From: Antechinus flavipes | Taxonomy: Eukaryota | Assembly (NCBI RefSeq): GCF_016432865.1 | Contig: NC_067401.1 | Location: 65,844,001 to 65,908,000, forward strand | Direction: 5' to 3' | Length of the DNA: 64,000 bases | Part shown: positions 52,230 to 64,000 of the stretch, in pieces | Numbering within the stretch: position 1 is the stretch's first letter | Layout of the letters: the number at the start of each line of letters is the position of its first letter | Notes under the pieces: model-generated | What the model was told of the DNA's origin: nothing | Database searches by the model: none | Seen by the model: the letters and a program-made list of their open reading frames with translations, nothing else | Made by a program: the position numbers and the translations under genes

Positions 52230-53100
52230 ACAATAAGTACTTGCAAAGTATTTACTATATGAAAGGCACTAAGAAATACAAAATGAAGTTCTACCCTGTG
52301 GGAGAAAACTCTTGAAGGATACTAGGGATGAGGCAGAGATAAGAATCTAGACTCGATTCTAGATATGAGGCCAGACTCTGCAAAGGCACAAAGCAGGAGG
52401 CAGAATGCAGAGCTCAAGGCAGTGATATATATAAGGGAAGGTTTATACACTAAACCTGGGAGAATAGAATGGTGTTAGAATGTGAAGAAGCTTTAAAGCA
52501 AAGCTGAAAAGGTTATTTTTTTCCCTAGAACCAACAAGGAGGGAGCCAACAAAGGATCTTGAACCAGGAAGTGACATGGTGAAACTTATGCTTTAGGAAG
52601 ATTATTTTGGAAAGGGAAGAGACTAGAATCAGGGAGTCCCAATTAGGAAGCTAATGTGATAAAATAACCAAAAAACTGAAGAAGATTTGAATTTTGAGTA
52701 GTGACTAAGAGTGAACAAAAAGGAGATGGATGCCAAGGCTACCGGAAAAGTATATCAGACAAGACTCAACTGACTGAATATGGGTAATGAGGAAAGGAAA
52801 GGTCAAATATGACTTCAAGATTGCAAAATAGACTAACAGTGGGTTCCACTGTAAATGGAACCACCATTTACAGGAGGAGTGGCTGGAGAAGGCTAAGGGA
52901 AAGAGAATTTTTATTTGGGATAAGTATATGTAACAGAGAATTAGAAATGTTCAATTGAAGTTCATGATGCAGAATTAGAGCTTAGAAGTTAGACCAAGTC
53001 TACATATATAGCTCCACAAAGAAAGGATAATTGAACTCATGGAAGGTGAGGAGACCATCTAAAAAGGATGTAGGAAGAAAAAAGAGGGAGGAGGGCACAG
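52230..53100 (+). mobile_element. Old L2 fragments in RTCA intron 2 (also at about 50150-51000)
   Basis: L2 3' motifs such as GAAGTGACATGGT..AACTTATGCTTTAGGAAGATTATTTTGG and AGACTAGAATCAGGGAGTCC. Confidence 0.55.
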
Positions 53101-53893
53101 ACTGAGGGCACCCAAAGTTAGGAAGCTCAGAAAAGTCAAAATTCATCTAGTGAATGGAAATCATTTTGGATTTTCTAAACAGTTCCTTCAGAGATGTTAA
53201 TAGTTACTTCATCAAGTTCTGAATAAAGACCTCAGGCTGTAAGATGGAAACCATCTCTAAAGGTTCCACCGAGCTCCACTTGTTTAAAACGAACAGCAGC
53301 AGCCAATGAAATGGGTAAACGAAGGCAAGAAAATTCTATATTGATCTAACTATATTCAAGTTTAAAAATGAGCAGCACCGAATGCCTAATGAAGTAATGT
53401 CCTGGTGTCGGCAAAAGTCCCTTTCCAGGGGCAGCAGCCCAGGCATCCCAGGCCTCTGCTCAGCCGGTAGTCCTGACCTGCAACTGCACCTTGGGAAGCC
53501 TGGGCAAGGGTTCAATGCCGAAGGACCTGGGCTCAAAACTGGCCTTATCACTTACTATCTCTCTAGACCTCAGTTTCCTCGAAGCAAAATGGCCGAGGTG
53601 ACTTCTGGAGGTCCCTCCCAGCTTTCAATCTACGACATAGGAAGAGGGCTGAGACCCACGGCTGACCCACGGGTCTTTGAGATTTTCTTGGCAGAGTTCC
53701 TTCAACTCATCTTCGGGATCAGGAGCCGAATAAGCTGTCAAAGCAGGCAGCCCTTCGGGACTAGCAAATAGAGGGCCCCGCCCCGTGAAGACAGCCCAGG
53801 ACTGAAGGACTTTGGAGCCCGGGTCAATGGGGACGCCTGGGAAAAGAGTGGGGAGGGAGGTCGCCGCGCCGCACACTGAGGGTGCTCGCTTTA

Positions 53894-53995
<102 letters not shown>

Positions 53996-54086
53996 CTAGC
54001 AAAGAGAAGAGGGACATAGGGTCAGAGTCCTACGGGAAAAGAGAAGGCAAAACAAGGGAACTGGGGCCGCAGTTCCTCTCACTCAC

Positions 54087-54131
54087 CCCCTCCATGATGC
54101 CGCCATCGATTTCCACTCGCTGCCCCGCCAT
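54087..54131 (-). CDS. RTCA: RTCA coding exon 1 (MAGQRVEIDGGIMEG)
   Basis: ATG at 54131 in context CCCATGG; 45 nt; donor GTGAGT at 54086-54081. Confidence 0.97.
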
Positions 54132-55247
54132 GGGGGTTGCCCCTGGCAACAAAGCCTCGGCCCTAGGGAGGGCAAGGGAGAGATGGCGACTCGGGTACCA
54201 GGATGTCCGGCCTCCCCTGGCCTGGCCTGGCCTGAAGACTAGGGCGGTGCGGAGCCACAGCTCTAAAGGCGGAGGGAGACGACTGCTGCTGGCACGGAGG
54301 AGCCCCTTAGAGCAGGCCGCAGGCCCAGGCCACGCCGCAGCAGAGGCAGAGCTCACTGAGCATGCGCGCTCCCGGAGTCCGCTTTCCTCCTCTCTCCCCA
54401 CAGCTGGCGCGGCTTAAAGGGACCGCTCCCCGAAGCTGTAAATTTATCCTAGAGTCAACGAAATGACCGGATCTCAGGGTTTCAGGATCTGAAGGAACTT
54501 CGGGGGTATCTAGTCCAACTCAAAAGAGACCTCCCACTAGAACCCACCCCGTTAACGGTTTTCCACCTGTTCTATCTAGAGACGTCTTACCTTTACAGTC
54601 ATTCCCCATTGGCTTTCGAGAGCTGATTGTTAAATTATCTGTGTGAACATTTGCACTTTGGAATCCGCAAACGATACCGTTTAGGACTTGTTTTGTTTTC
54701 CATAGCTAAAGTGATTCAGAATATGTTAATAATTTAGAATAAATTTAAACGTATCTTGCGTCTTTTTATAAATATGATCTCATTTTCTCCTCCCAACAAC
54801 CCTAGGAAGTCGATGCCATTATTAAACCTATTTTACGTGTAAGGAGATTGAGGCAGATAGATATAAAGTGACTTGGACCAGGTTGCATTTAAGCTCGGCT
54901 TGCACTCTATCATGAGCCACTTAACTGCTTCTACCATTTGTTACCTGCCTCTGCTGCCTCTGATCAAAATGCTTTCCTTCTTGTTTTTTCTTGAGATTAC
55001 TGAACTTCCTAAATTCAAAATGAATATGGACTTAATATGATTATGTATGAAACTCCTTTTAATAAAAGTACACAATGTCTTTGCAACTTCTATTAGAGAG
55101 CTAACTAAACAGGTACAAGATCAGACTTAAACTCATGTCTTTCTGCCCTATTCCAGATTCCAGATTTCTGCTCCAAATATGAATTATGTAACCTTAGATA
55201 ATTGACTCTTCTCAAAGAGAGGATAGGGACTACATAGAAAGGTGCCC

Positions 55248-56150
55248 AATGTTTAATATAATAGGAATCATATATAAAAAAAGGTATTCATTTCTTACAC
55301 ACAAAAGAAATGCCAAAGGACATGGAATATGCTTTTACACAAGTACTAAAAACAGGACTCAACTGATCCAACCATTCTGGAGTGCAATTTGGACTATGCC
55401 CAAAGGACTATCAAACTGTGCACAAGCTGTGATCCAGCAGTGTGTCTACTAGGTCTATATCCCAAAAAGATTTTTTTAAAAAGGGGGTAAAGAACCCACA
55501 TGTGCAAAAACATTTGTAACATCCTTTGGTAAGGAACTGAAAATTGAGTGGATGTCCCCCAGTTGAGGAATGGCTGAATAAGTTAAATAATATGAATATT
55601 GTGAATATGAATATTATTAAACATTATTGTTTTATAAGATTATCAGCAGGATGATTTCAGAAAAGCCTGGAGAGACTTACATGAATTGATGCTAAATGAA
55701 GTGAGGAGAACCAAGAGAACATAGCAGCAACAAAATTATGTGATGATCAACTATGATGGAATTGGCTTCTTTCAACAATGAGATGTTTCAGGCCAATTCC
55801 AATAGATTTGTGATAGAAAGAACCATCTGCATTCAGAGAAAGAACTGTGGAGATTGAATGTGGATCACATTGTATTTTCATCTTTTTTTGTTGTTGCTTG
55901 CTTACTTTTTTTCTTTCATTTTTTCCCTTTTGATCTGATTTTTCTTCTGCAGCATGATAAATATGGAAATAAGTTTTAAAGAATTGCACATGTTTAACCT
56001 ATATTGGATTAATTGCTGTCTAGGAGAGGGAGTAGGGGAAGGGAAGAGGAAAAATTTGGAATGCAAGATTTTGCAAGGATGAATGTTGAAACTATCTTTA
56101 CATTTATTTTGAAAATGAAAAGCTATTATCAAAATTAAAAAAAAAAAAGA
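55248..56150 (+). mobile_element. L1 3' end upstream of RTCA
   Basis: Same marsupial L1 ORF2-end and 3' UTR motifs as the 35.8 kb copy, with an A-rich tail at about 56130-56150. Confidence 0.88.
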
Positions 56151-56459
56151 ATTCAATAACAAATTAAAAAAAATTACTGTTAACTTCTGGAAGTTGGACA
56201 TTTTTTCTAAACACTGAAGCAGTTTTTAGGACTACTCAAGTAGGCATTTTCACTTCCTTTCTGCCTAGTCTACCTCAAAGTCTATCATCTTATGGCAAAG
56301 TAGGCCAGGAATTTGGGATCATCCTCTTAACAAGTGGTTTTCATCTCTTACACAAAATGATTGCTGTTCCTTGCCTGCAGTCATCTCTATTCACTATATC
56401 TTTGGACTTTATGAACTCTGGAGGTAGTTTCTAAATTTGGACACTGTCCCTCTTCCCCT

Positions 56460-56850
56460 TGTGTGGGACAGGTCGGGGGCAAGACCCCCTTCCCAATTAA
56501 CTAATCAGAGATATATCATCAGGTACAAAGAGAAAGTATTTATTTAATCCTGCAGGGAGAGGCCCAGACGCACCTGGGAACCAACCCAACTCCCACCATG
56601 TGCACCTGGAACCTGAACAGCTTCAGGCTTGTCCAGAGTTTAAAAGCAAAAGACTGGAGCCTTCTCATTGGATAGACTAACAGGATGTAACTATCCTTGA
56701 CCAATGATCACTAATTCTGACTGTCTCCTAGAGGTCATGTCACTTCCTGCAACTTCCTGCATCTCCAGGTTCAAAGTTCATGAACAAGATCTCATTCTGG
56801 GAACATGTGACCCAATATTGAGAAATATTTCATCCAATCAGTCCCATTCA
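56460..56850 (-). mobile_element. Solo LTR, ERV1-type (4-bp TSD)
   Basis: TG...CA ends with imperfect inverted termini (TGTGTGGGAC / GTCCCATTCA); CCCT flanks at 56456-56459 and 56851-56854; AATAAA and CCAAT boxes on the minus strand. Confidence 0.7.
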
Positions 56851-58690
56851 CCCTCACATTCAATTAGTTGCTAATTCTCATTAAACCTATTTATACAATA
56901 ATTCTCATACGTTTCTCTGCATTTCTACTCACAGCTACCATACTGATGGTCTTTTCTCATTTTATTCCTTCCTGAATTATCTGATTCATTTCATACTGCT
57001 GACCATACTCTCTTCCTAGATACATTCTCCTCTATGAATTTTTTGTGACATTAGTCTCCTGAAGGTCCTATTTGACAGTTCTTTTCCCATCTCCTTTGCA
57101 GGCTGGCTCACCACATCACACATATGTTAAATGTAGATGATGCCCAAGGCTCTGTCCTAGGACTAAAGAGATTAATTGACTACCTAAAGTCATACAGGTT
57201 AACAAGTATTAAGGGCTAAAATTACAACCAAGGATCTGACTCCAAAATCAGAGCCTTTTTCACTGCACTACACAAACTTCCATATTGTTCTCCTATTGAA
57301 CTGAAATCTATTTACATGTAATTCCAATTAGTTCTATTTCCTATAGTCCAGGGAGGAAAAAAGAGGGTTGTCTTCTAAATAATAGTCAAATACTTGAAAA
57401 CTCCTCTGTCATCCAAGTCTTCTGCTTCTAAACCTTTTCTTCTCTAGGCCAAATGTTCTCCATTCCTTTAATTGATTGGGGAGAGGAGGGGGTTCCCCAC
57501 TCCTAATCTTCCCTGAATGCTTTCCTGTTTGTTCCTCCAAAATATAGTATTCAGAACTATTAAGAACTAGCTATAGCCTTTAATAGGGTTATTAGCCTAG
57601 TAATCAGGGAAATAAGATAGATAACATATCCTTGAATTTTTAGCATAACCTTTGACTGTCTCTCAAGCTATCCCCATGGATAAGAAAAATATGGGATAAC
57701 TCATAAAAGAGTACAGTGAATTGGATTCAGAACTGGTCCCAACTCCTCATACTTCTAGTGCCTTCCTTTTCAATTAAATTCTATTTTTCCTGCATATATC
57801 TTTTTTGTGCATGTTAGCTTGCCTAAAGTCTTCCCCATTCCCTTCTCTTGTATCCCTATTGCTTAACATAGTGCTTGGCACACAAAAGATACTTAAGAAA
57901 TGACTATTGACTGGTTGAATGACAGCATAGCATCTACACTAAAGAAATGTGTATCCACATAAATTAAATATATCAGCAGATATATTTCCAGAAGAATATT
58001 TATTAAGGAATAATCTCTGCAACCAACTTGATTGGTTTCAGGATTTCAGGATTTCAAGGAATTTCAGGAAACTTGAAGTTGGCAATGGGATACTAGTTAA
58101 GTTCTTCAAATCAACATCTGAATTGGGATGGTGATATAGCAATTTCAAAAACAGCTTTCTAGATTTCCCACTTTTAAAAGAAAAAGTCCAATCTTTGAAA
58201 TATTACAGATAATTGGTAGCAAGTACTTTGACTTCTTTCATTTTAGTAATTGGTTGAAGAGGATGAAAGCAAACTTGATTTCCTTGTGCATAGCCAATAA
58301 GAGGTACACGGAAAGTCTTAATCTATGATACAAGGTGGGGGTTTGAGGGGAGGTGGCTCAGATGGGTACATTACATATAAGGTTATTATTGGGAAAAGAG
58401 GAAGAGATATCTTCTCAGCTAATTTTAGAGGTAAAATCTCTATATATTACAGAGAGTGCCTTGGTGAGACCTCAGCAAAATTTGAAAGTCTGCAGGAGCT
58501 AAAAAGAGGATGATGAAATGTAAAGGAGAAATTTCACCTGTGGAAGCAAAATAGACATTTCCTATCCCAAAGAATGATTCAGTTATATATAAAGAGGCCA
58601 ACAAGGTAATAAATTTGCCTTCTAGACATAGACAATATTCTTATCTTTACCTCAAATCATCATTTATATGATTTCCAAAAGAACATGGGA

Positions 58691-59630
58691 TGTTGAACCA
58701 AGTAAACTGAAACTGACTCTAGGGAACATAAAGTGACTGAGAATATGGGCTTTTGAGTCAGGAAAGAGTGTAGAATAAAATTTAACTACTTCCATCTACT
58801 TCCTGAAGATGACAAACTATTTTATAGTTTAGCTCTAAGGGAACCAAAGGGGAAAAGTTTCTGCCAATGCAAAATTAAAGTTTATTGCCTTAGCTGAAAG
58901 AGTTCTGTAGGAATTTAGCAGTAAAGAGTATTCTACATGCCTGACCGATAGAGTACATACCATAAAGACTGCAGTTATTCACCAAAAAGTAAACCGAGGA
59001 AGTTCAGCAGATCAATCATCTGATAATAACCATGCCCTGAACAACCTGCCCTTTCCTTCCTGACAGTAGTTATCCTTTGGCAGAATGGCCTGCCCAAGCC
59101 TGCTCTTAGCCACTATCCAAAAGCAACAAGTGCTGTAGATCTTGCCCAGAGGCAGTGCCACCTACCCAATGCAGTACAGAAGCTGAACTTAATGAGGAAC
59201 CAGCACAACCACTTAAATGACCTAAGCAAGCCAGCCAGGGAGAAACATTACATCCTATAAGGAGAAAGCCTAGCTGAACTGCTCATCCTATGAAGACAAT
59301 GTAACCTGAGAAAAGCCAGCCCAGATGAAAAGTGGTGCTATTGGTTACGATTGGCTGGTTTTGTGTAAATGGAAGTGCAATGGTGAGGGCTCAAAAGTTG
59401 TAATGGTAAGTAGGAGTGTATTCCCCACAACAATGGAAGAGAGTTTGAATTATAACTGTCTAGCAGTACTTCTCTAGAAACTCTGACAGTTCCTTTCAAA
59501 AGCCTGACAAAGTGAGTAGATGATCCACACCCGTGCAATGGTAAAATTATAGACCCTTCATCAGTCAGTCATTCCACTTACTTGTTACATATGTATATTT
59601 TTGTGGAAATACAAGATCTTATATCTTACA
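58691..59630 (-). mobile_element. 3' LTR of the class I ERV
   Basis: Begins with TG right after the PPT; AATAAA at 58886-58881; plausible end ...TTCAACA at 58691. The distal boundary is uncertain, and another LTR-like segment may lie at about 57950-58690. Confidence 0.6.
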
Positions 59631-59644
59631 TTCCCTCCTTTTTT
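59631..59644 (-). other. ERV polypurine tract
   Basis: AAAAAAGGAGGGAA on the minus strand, immediately followed by TGTAAG, the start of the LTR. Confidence 0.75.
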
Positions 59645-59660
59645 AATATTTTTTGAATTT

Positions 59661-59922
59661 CCTGGGGATTTTTTTTTTTAGGGAGTTGATTAATAGTTTG
59701 TTCTATTTCTTTTTCTGAAATGGGACTATTTAAGCAATTTACTTCCTTCTCTGTTAATCTGGAAAGCCTATATTTTTGGAGGTAGTCATCCATTTCACTT
59801 AGGTTATCAAATTTATTGGCATAAAGTTGGGCAAAGTAGCCCCTTATTATTTCTTTATTTTCCTCTTCATTGGTGGAAAGTTCTCCCTTTTCATTTTTAA
59901 GACTGCTAATTTGGTTTTCCTG
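59661..59922 (-). mobile_element. Internal L1 ORF2 fragment (post-endonuclease linker) inside the ERV
   Basis: Translates to [91 protein letters not shown]-like L1 ORF2 sequence; no poly-A tail. Confidence 0.9.
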
Positions 59923-59930
59923 TTATATTT

Positions 59931-61800
59931 CTACATTTTCTTTTTTGGGGTTTGTTTTTCAAACTCCTTTAATAATTTGTTGTATTCATCATTCTTAGAT
60001 GGGGAATTGGTTTTCCTCAAAATAATCATTTGGAACTGATTTTGTTGATTAGTCACCTTAACTAAGCTCATGTTTTCTATAGTATTTGTGGTTAGCTTCA
60101 TAAAACAAGGGATTAAACATATTATAAACAATAACTCACATAAGGCAAGAAATATGATGGCCCCCACTACTACCACCAGCTTCCAGTCAACCAATTAGAG
60201 TAAAACATTCCTTCCCAAATTGGGACTGTTACATGAGTTATTTTTCATATGTTTTTAGTAATCTCCTCTACACCTTTTCCATTATCAATTTTTAAGCAAC
60301 AATTTGAAATGTTAGATTTTTCCATACACTCCCCTTTCTGTGCTAGTATGTAGTCCAATGCTAGACTAGGGTGTGATACAACTTCTCTTGTTTGACTTGC
60401 CTGATCCACCAAGAAATTTAAAGCTCTAGCTCATGATTTGTGATAATTTCTACCATTGCTTATAACTGGATCAATATATTTAAAAGATAAATAAGGTCCT
60501 ACACCCCTAGCTTCCATCTTGGGCACAAGAGGCAGGCTCATAAGTTTGAATAATTCATTCTGGGGTACCATTCATTTTCCTAACTATTGACATTTCCAAT
60601 GTTGGAAAGGCTGACATCAATTGATATCTTCCTTCTTCCTAAGTTTTTAAAAATTGGAATCCTGTTCCTTTAAAAAAAAAAATTTAGGTCTTATTATCCC
60701 TATATAACAAATTCCAGTCTAGTTAATAGGGAGATGTGTATATACTGTTAGACCACAAATTCAATGATGTCCTTTCAGGGCAGCTGTTCTTGGTAGTAGA
60801 TAAAAGACTCATCGCCAGTAAGAGGGAAATAATGAAAGTCCTTATTTCCTAATGGCCCATCCAAACTAATAGATTCATTTGAAAAATAAGTACAACTCCA
60901 TAATTGCTGCATCTTTCTCCATTCACACTTCCTTACATAAGCATCACCACTTTGATTTGTTTTGTTCCAAAAAGAGTTGAAATATACTCCTTGATGAGTT
61001 TCATTTTCCTATCCCCATATAGTCTAAGGAATGGAAGTTACTTTAACTTGAGTAATCCTCTGACATTCTGGCATTTAACTATTCTCCTTTCTCCTTTAAA
61101 AAAGGAATATTTAGGGTCTCCCCTACCAGTATGTAGTCACATGAGTGTTGACCAGCTTCTTAAACAGTTTTGGGCTGATATTTTATCCAGCTTGAGTTTT
61201 GGCATTTCACATGTGTATTACTCTATAACTCTGAATCAACTGCACAATTCACTATATCTCTTTTTATTCTTTCCTGAATAAGCCTATTCACAATTACTGT
61301 CTCCCCAAAATTGGCCTGGTCCAGTCTGGTTTAGACAATATTTGGTAAGAACTAGGGTGGCTAGTGGCCAACTATAGTTTTCTGCTGATGGCCAAAAGTG
61401 TGTCCCATCCCTGACCTCTGACTGGTTTCTGAAAATCCAGGCTGACTCAGGGGTACAGGAACTAATGGGCAGCTTTCTATTTCAGGGCCTCCACAGATCC
61501 AGGAGCTATAAGTATTAAAGACTACAATCACCTCTTCTATTTGCTGCATAAATCTATTGGGAGATGGGGCTACTAGGATGACTGATGTAAAATAGAAATA
61601 TATTAATTAAATTAAACAGAAGGAACATCATCATGATTGTTGTTGCTATTTCAAATAACAAAGACCAATATCAGAATTATATTCAGTCTCTCATTTATTA
61701 GTCCTTTACCCTGTTTTTTAAATACTTTCAAAACTTCATATATTACTCTTGTTGATCAATTCTTTTATCTCTTAAACACATGCAGAGTACAATAACACAT
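59931..61800 (-). pseudogene. Decayed ERV env, ERV3(HERV-R)/HERV-I-like
   Basis: SWICGG (degenerate CxxC) at about 61490; degraded furin site GRRKI at about 60630; PERIIQTYEPASCAQDGS; immunosuppressive-like SLALDYILAQKG at about 60335-60380; NISNCC at about 60300; hydrophobic TM segment AIIFLALCELLFIICLIPCF and tail ending at TAG 59931. Multiple frameshifts. The 5' boundary is approximate. Confidence 0.85.
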
Positions 61801-61849
61801 TATAATTATACTTAGTCCAAAGATGCCTCATTCATTTCCAAGTTTTCCT

Positions 61850-62590
61850 CTTCAATATTACCTTCAAGGGCTTAGAAGTGTCTTAAATTGTCCAATCTCT
61901 TGTTGGTTTTACTAGTCCTTTTAGTCTAGTGTAATGAGTCCATTCCTTTTCAGCAGTTTGAATAGCTGTCTCTTATTTGTATCTTTTATTTTTATTCTGG
62001 TTGTAATTTAGAGTTTTTCTGACTCAATCAGAATTCTATCAACAGGATGATAATGGTGAACAATAAATTCAAGAGGAGTTTGCACAAGAAAAAATTTTCC
62101 CCTAAGGGAGAAAAGGGAAAAAAATTTATCCTTAGATTCAAATTGGGAATAGCTTTATCTTTTTCACTCCATATGTAAGATAGTCTGAATAATATTTCAC
62201 AGGGAGATTAAACCAATATCCCTTCTAGGAGCCATTCTGAATCTAAGCAATGCTATAGGCAAACACTTTGTCCATGGAAGCTTAGTGTCAATTATAAAGT
62301 TGGTTATCTGTCTCCTTAGGGTTTGATTCATTCTTTCTACTCTTCCTGAAAAGAGAGAAGGCCAAAGAATATAAAAATGCCAGTTAATGCCTAGTCCCTG
62401 AAAAACTCAGTGAAGTGGGTTCCATTGGCTATGTTTTTCACCATCCCATAATGGGGAATGAATTGTTCCAAAATAATTTTGATCCCTCCTGAAACTGTTG
62501 CAGTGTTCAGGGGATAACTTTCTACCCATCCAGTAAAATGATTTATTATTATTATTATTAAAGATACTAAAAAAAAGATATTTATTGACA
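61850..62590 (-). pseudogene. Decayed class I ERV pol: integrase core and C-terminal domain
   Basis: Minus-strand translation gives IINHFTGWVESYPLNTATVSGGIKIILEQFIPHYG...GTHFT, then GLGINWHFY...SGRVERMNQTLRRQITNFIIDTKLPWTKCLPIALLRFRMAPRRDIG, and ...TAIQTAEKEWTHYTRLKG. This is a typical HERV-I/HERV-E-like integrase, with stops and frameshifts. Confidence 0.9.
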
Positions 62591-64000
62591 TCTCTTCCTA
62601 TTATATTTTTGCATGAAATGTTTGTTCATTTGTAAGGACAGGGGTCTGTTGAGTCAATTACCTTGCCCACTGAAATAACTGCTTAAACCAGGTGAGAACA
62701 TCTTTAGTCAATCTTTCAATGTCATTAGATGAGTCATGAGAATTCCTTGAAAGGCATTGGATGAAATGAAGGAATGCTCCATAGGGGTGTGGGTTTGTGA
62801 GACTTTAGTATATCCTGTGGGTCATTATAAAACAATGGTCTAGTTCGGAAGTCAAGGATTCAAATATCCAGCAACAAAGATGAAAGAACTGTTCCAGTCA
62901 TGCCTCTGGGGAGAAATCATGTGGTAAAGAAGACAAGCTTTTGATCTTTTTTTTGGTCCTCCTTTTGATGAAAAAAAAAAGGGCCTTTTTACTTTGGAAG
63001 ATCAGAAATTTTGGATTTATCAGCATCCTAAGTGTGTTCGTGCTTGAGAGAGCAATGACTGGCATCAGTACCTGCATAGGTACAGAGAATAAATTAGACA
63101 CACTAAGGAAAGGCAGCTTCAAGGCTCCATAAGGAACCCAGAAGAAAGATACAAAATACCAAAAGAGAACTTCACAAGTATTCCTCAAAGAGGAGAAAAG
63201 GATTTTCAGCAACCAGGAACTATGGCTTATTTCTCTGTGAAATATAGTCCCTAATCCACTTTTCCTTTGGACTTTATACTTACTGGTGGGAATAATCATA
63301 GGGATAATCTCAATGGTATCAGTCTCTGAGCCATAGAATTAGACACCTAAGTAGTAGCTGCTCCTGGGGACTCAGCTAGCCTAAGCAAATAAGTTTTGAG
63401 ATAGTAGCCCAAGAGCTTGTGCTACACTGCTTTGAAATTCCTCATTAACATGCTCTCATTGGTTTTTGCTATATCCTATTCACATTCACCCATACTCATT
63501 GCCCTTCAAAGGCCCATCTTTGTAATACCAGTATTCTACTAATATTATAAGGCTGTGAAACATGGACTATAATAGTCCAGGGAATTAGAAATGAATATCA
63601 CTGGGTGGTTGTTTCTAGAAGTGTGGGATCATGAAAAGAGTTTTGTAATTTTCTAAAGATAATCTATACTGTTCTCACTTTTTCTGCTTAATTCTGGACC
63701 AAAATTATCCATTTAAACTCTCTCAGATATGTATAGCAATGGGCAAGCTATAAAGGTCATAATTTGGACAATAGTAAATAGGAAGGAAGAAAAAATTGCA
63801 CTTTTCTGTGCAAATAGTAAGACCAACCTGCTTTAAGTAGTCATGAATCTAGTTCAGGAAATTCTGTTATTTCTGGCCTTAACTTCAACCTGAACAATAT
63901 CATTCACAAATAAGAACATGTGGAGAGCCTTACCATCCATAGAGAATTTCTCAGCTTGAACTCTGAACTGGTAAGAACCATAGAGAAGACTCCATGTATA

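Noticed and set aside
57948-58690. Possible second LTR next to the ERV 3' LTR
   Set aside because: LTR-like texture (reverse AATAAA, TTCAGGA repeats), but termini and TSD could not be fixed, so it is not called as a feature.
54600-64000. DBT first exon (head-to-head neighbour of RTCA in eutherians)
   Set aside because: No second CpG island or DBT-like coding sequence seen; if synteny holds it lies beyond the window.

Overview
Mammalian genomic DNA, almost certainly marsupial: the SINE, L1, LTR and MITE content is marsupial-type, and the L1 3' tail and LTR style suggest a dasyurid such as the Tasmanian devil (inference). There is one complete protein-coding gene, RTCA (RNA 3'-terminal phosphate cyclase), on the minus strand. 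It has 11 coding exons from ATG 54131 to TAG 30087; all introns are GT-AG and the CDS is 1101 nt = 366 aa, with the catalytic His320 in the LHTQT motif. Its promoter is a CpG island at about 53.4-54.6 kb. The rest is repeat-rich non-coding DNA: L1, L2 and CR1 fragments, MIR/MAR1/WSINE-type SINEs, hAT and Tc1/mariner MITEs, three LTRs (two with clean target-site duplications), a 7SL retrocopy and a 192-N assembly gap. At the right end lies the decayed 3' half of a class I endogenous retrovirus (integrase, ERV3/HERV-R/HERV-I-like env, polypurine tract, 3' LTR), with an internal L1 ORF2 fragment between env and the PPT. I found no convincing novel multi-gene system. The best leads are this ERV and its L1 piece, a candidate NRF1-driven minus-strand first exon at about 8 kb (possibly an upstream promoter of the syntenic neighbour CDC14A), a cluster of duplications and palindromes just 3' of RTCA, and a few unexplained non-repeat islands. 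Repeat family names come from recalled consensus sequences, not from database searches.
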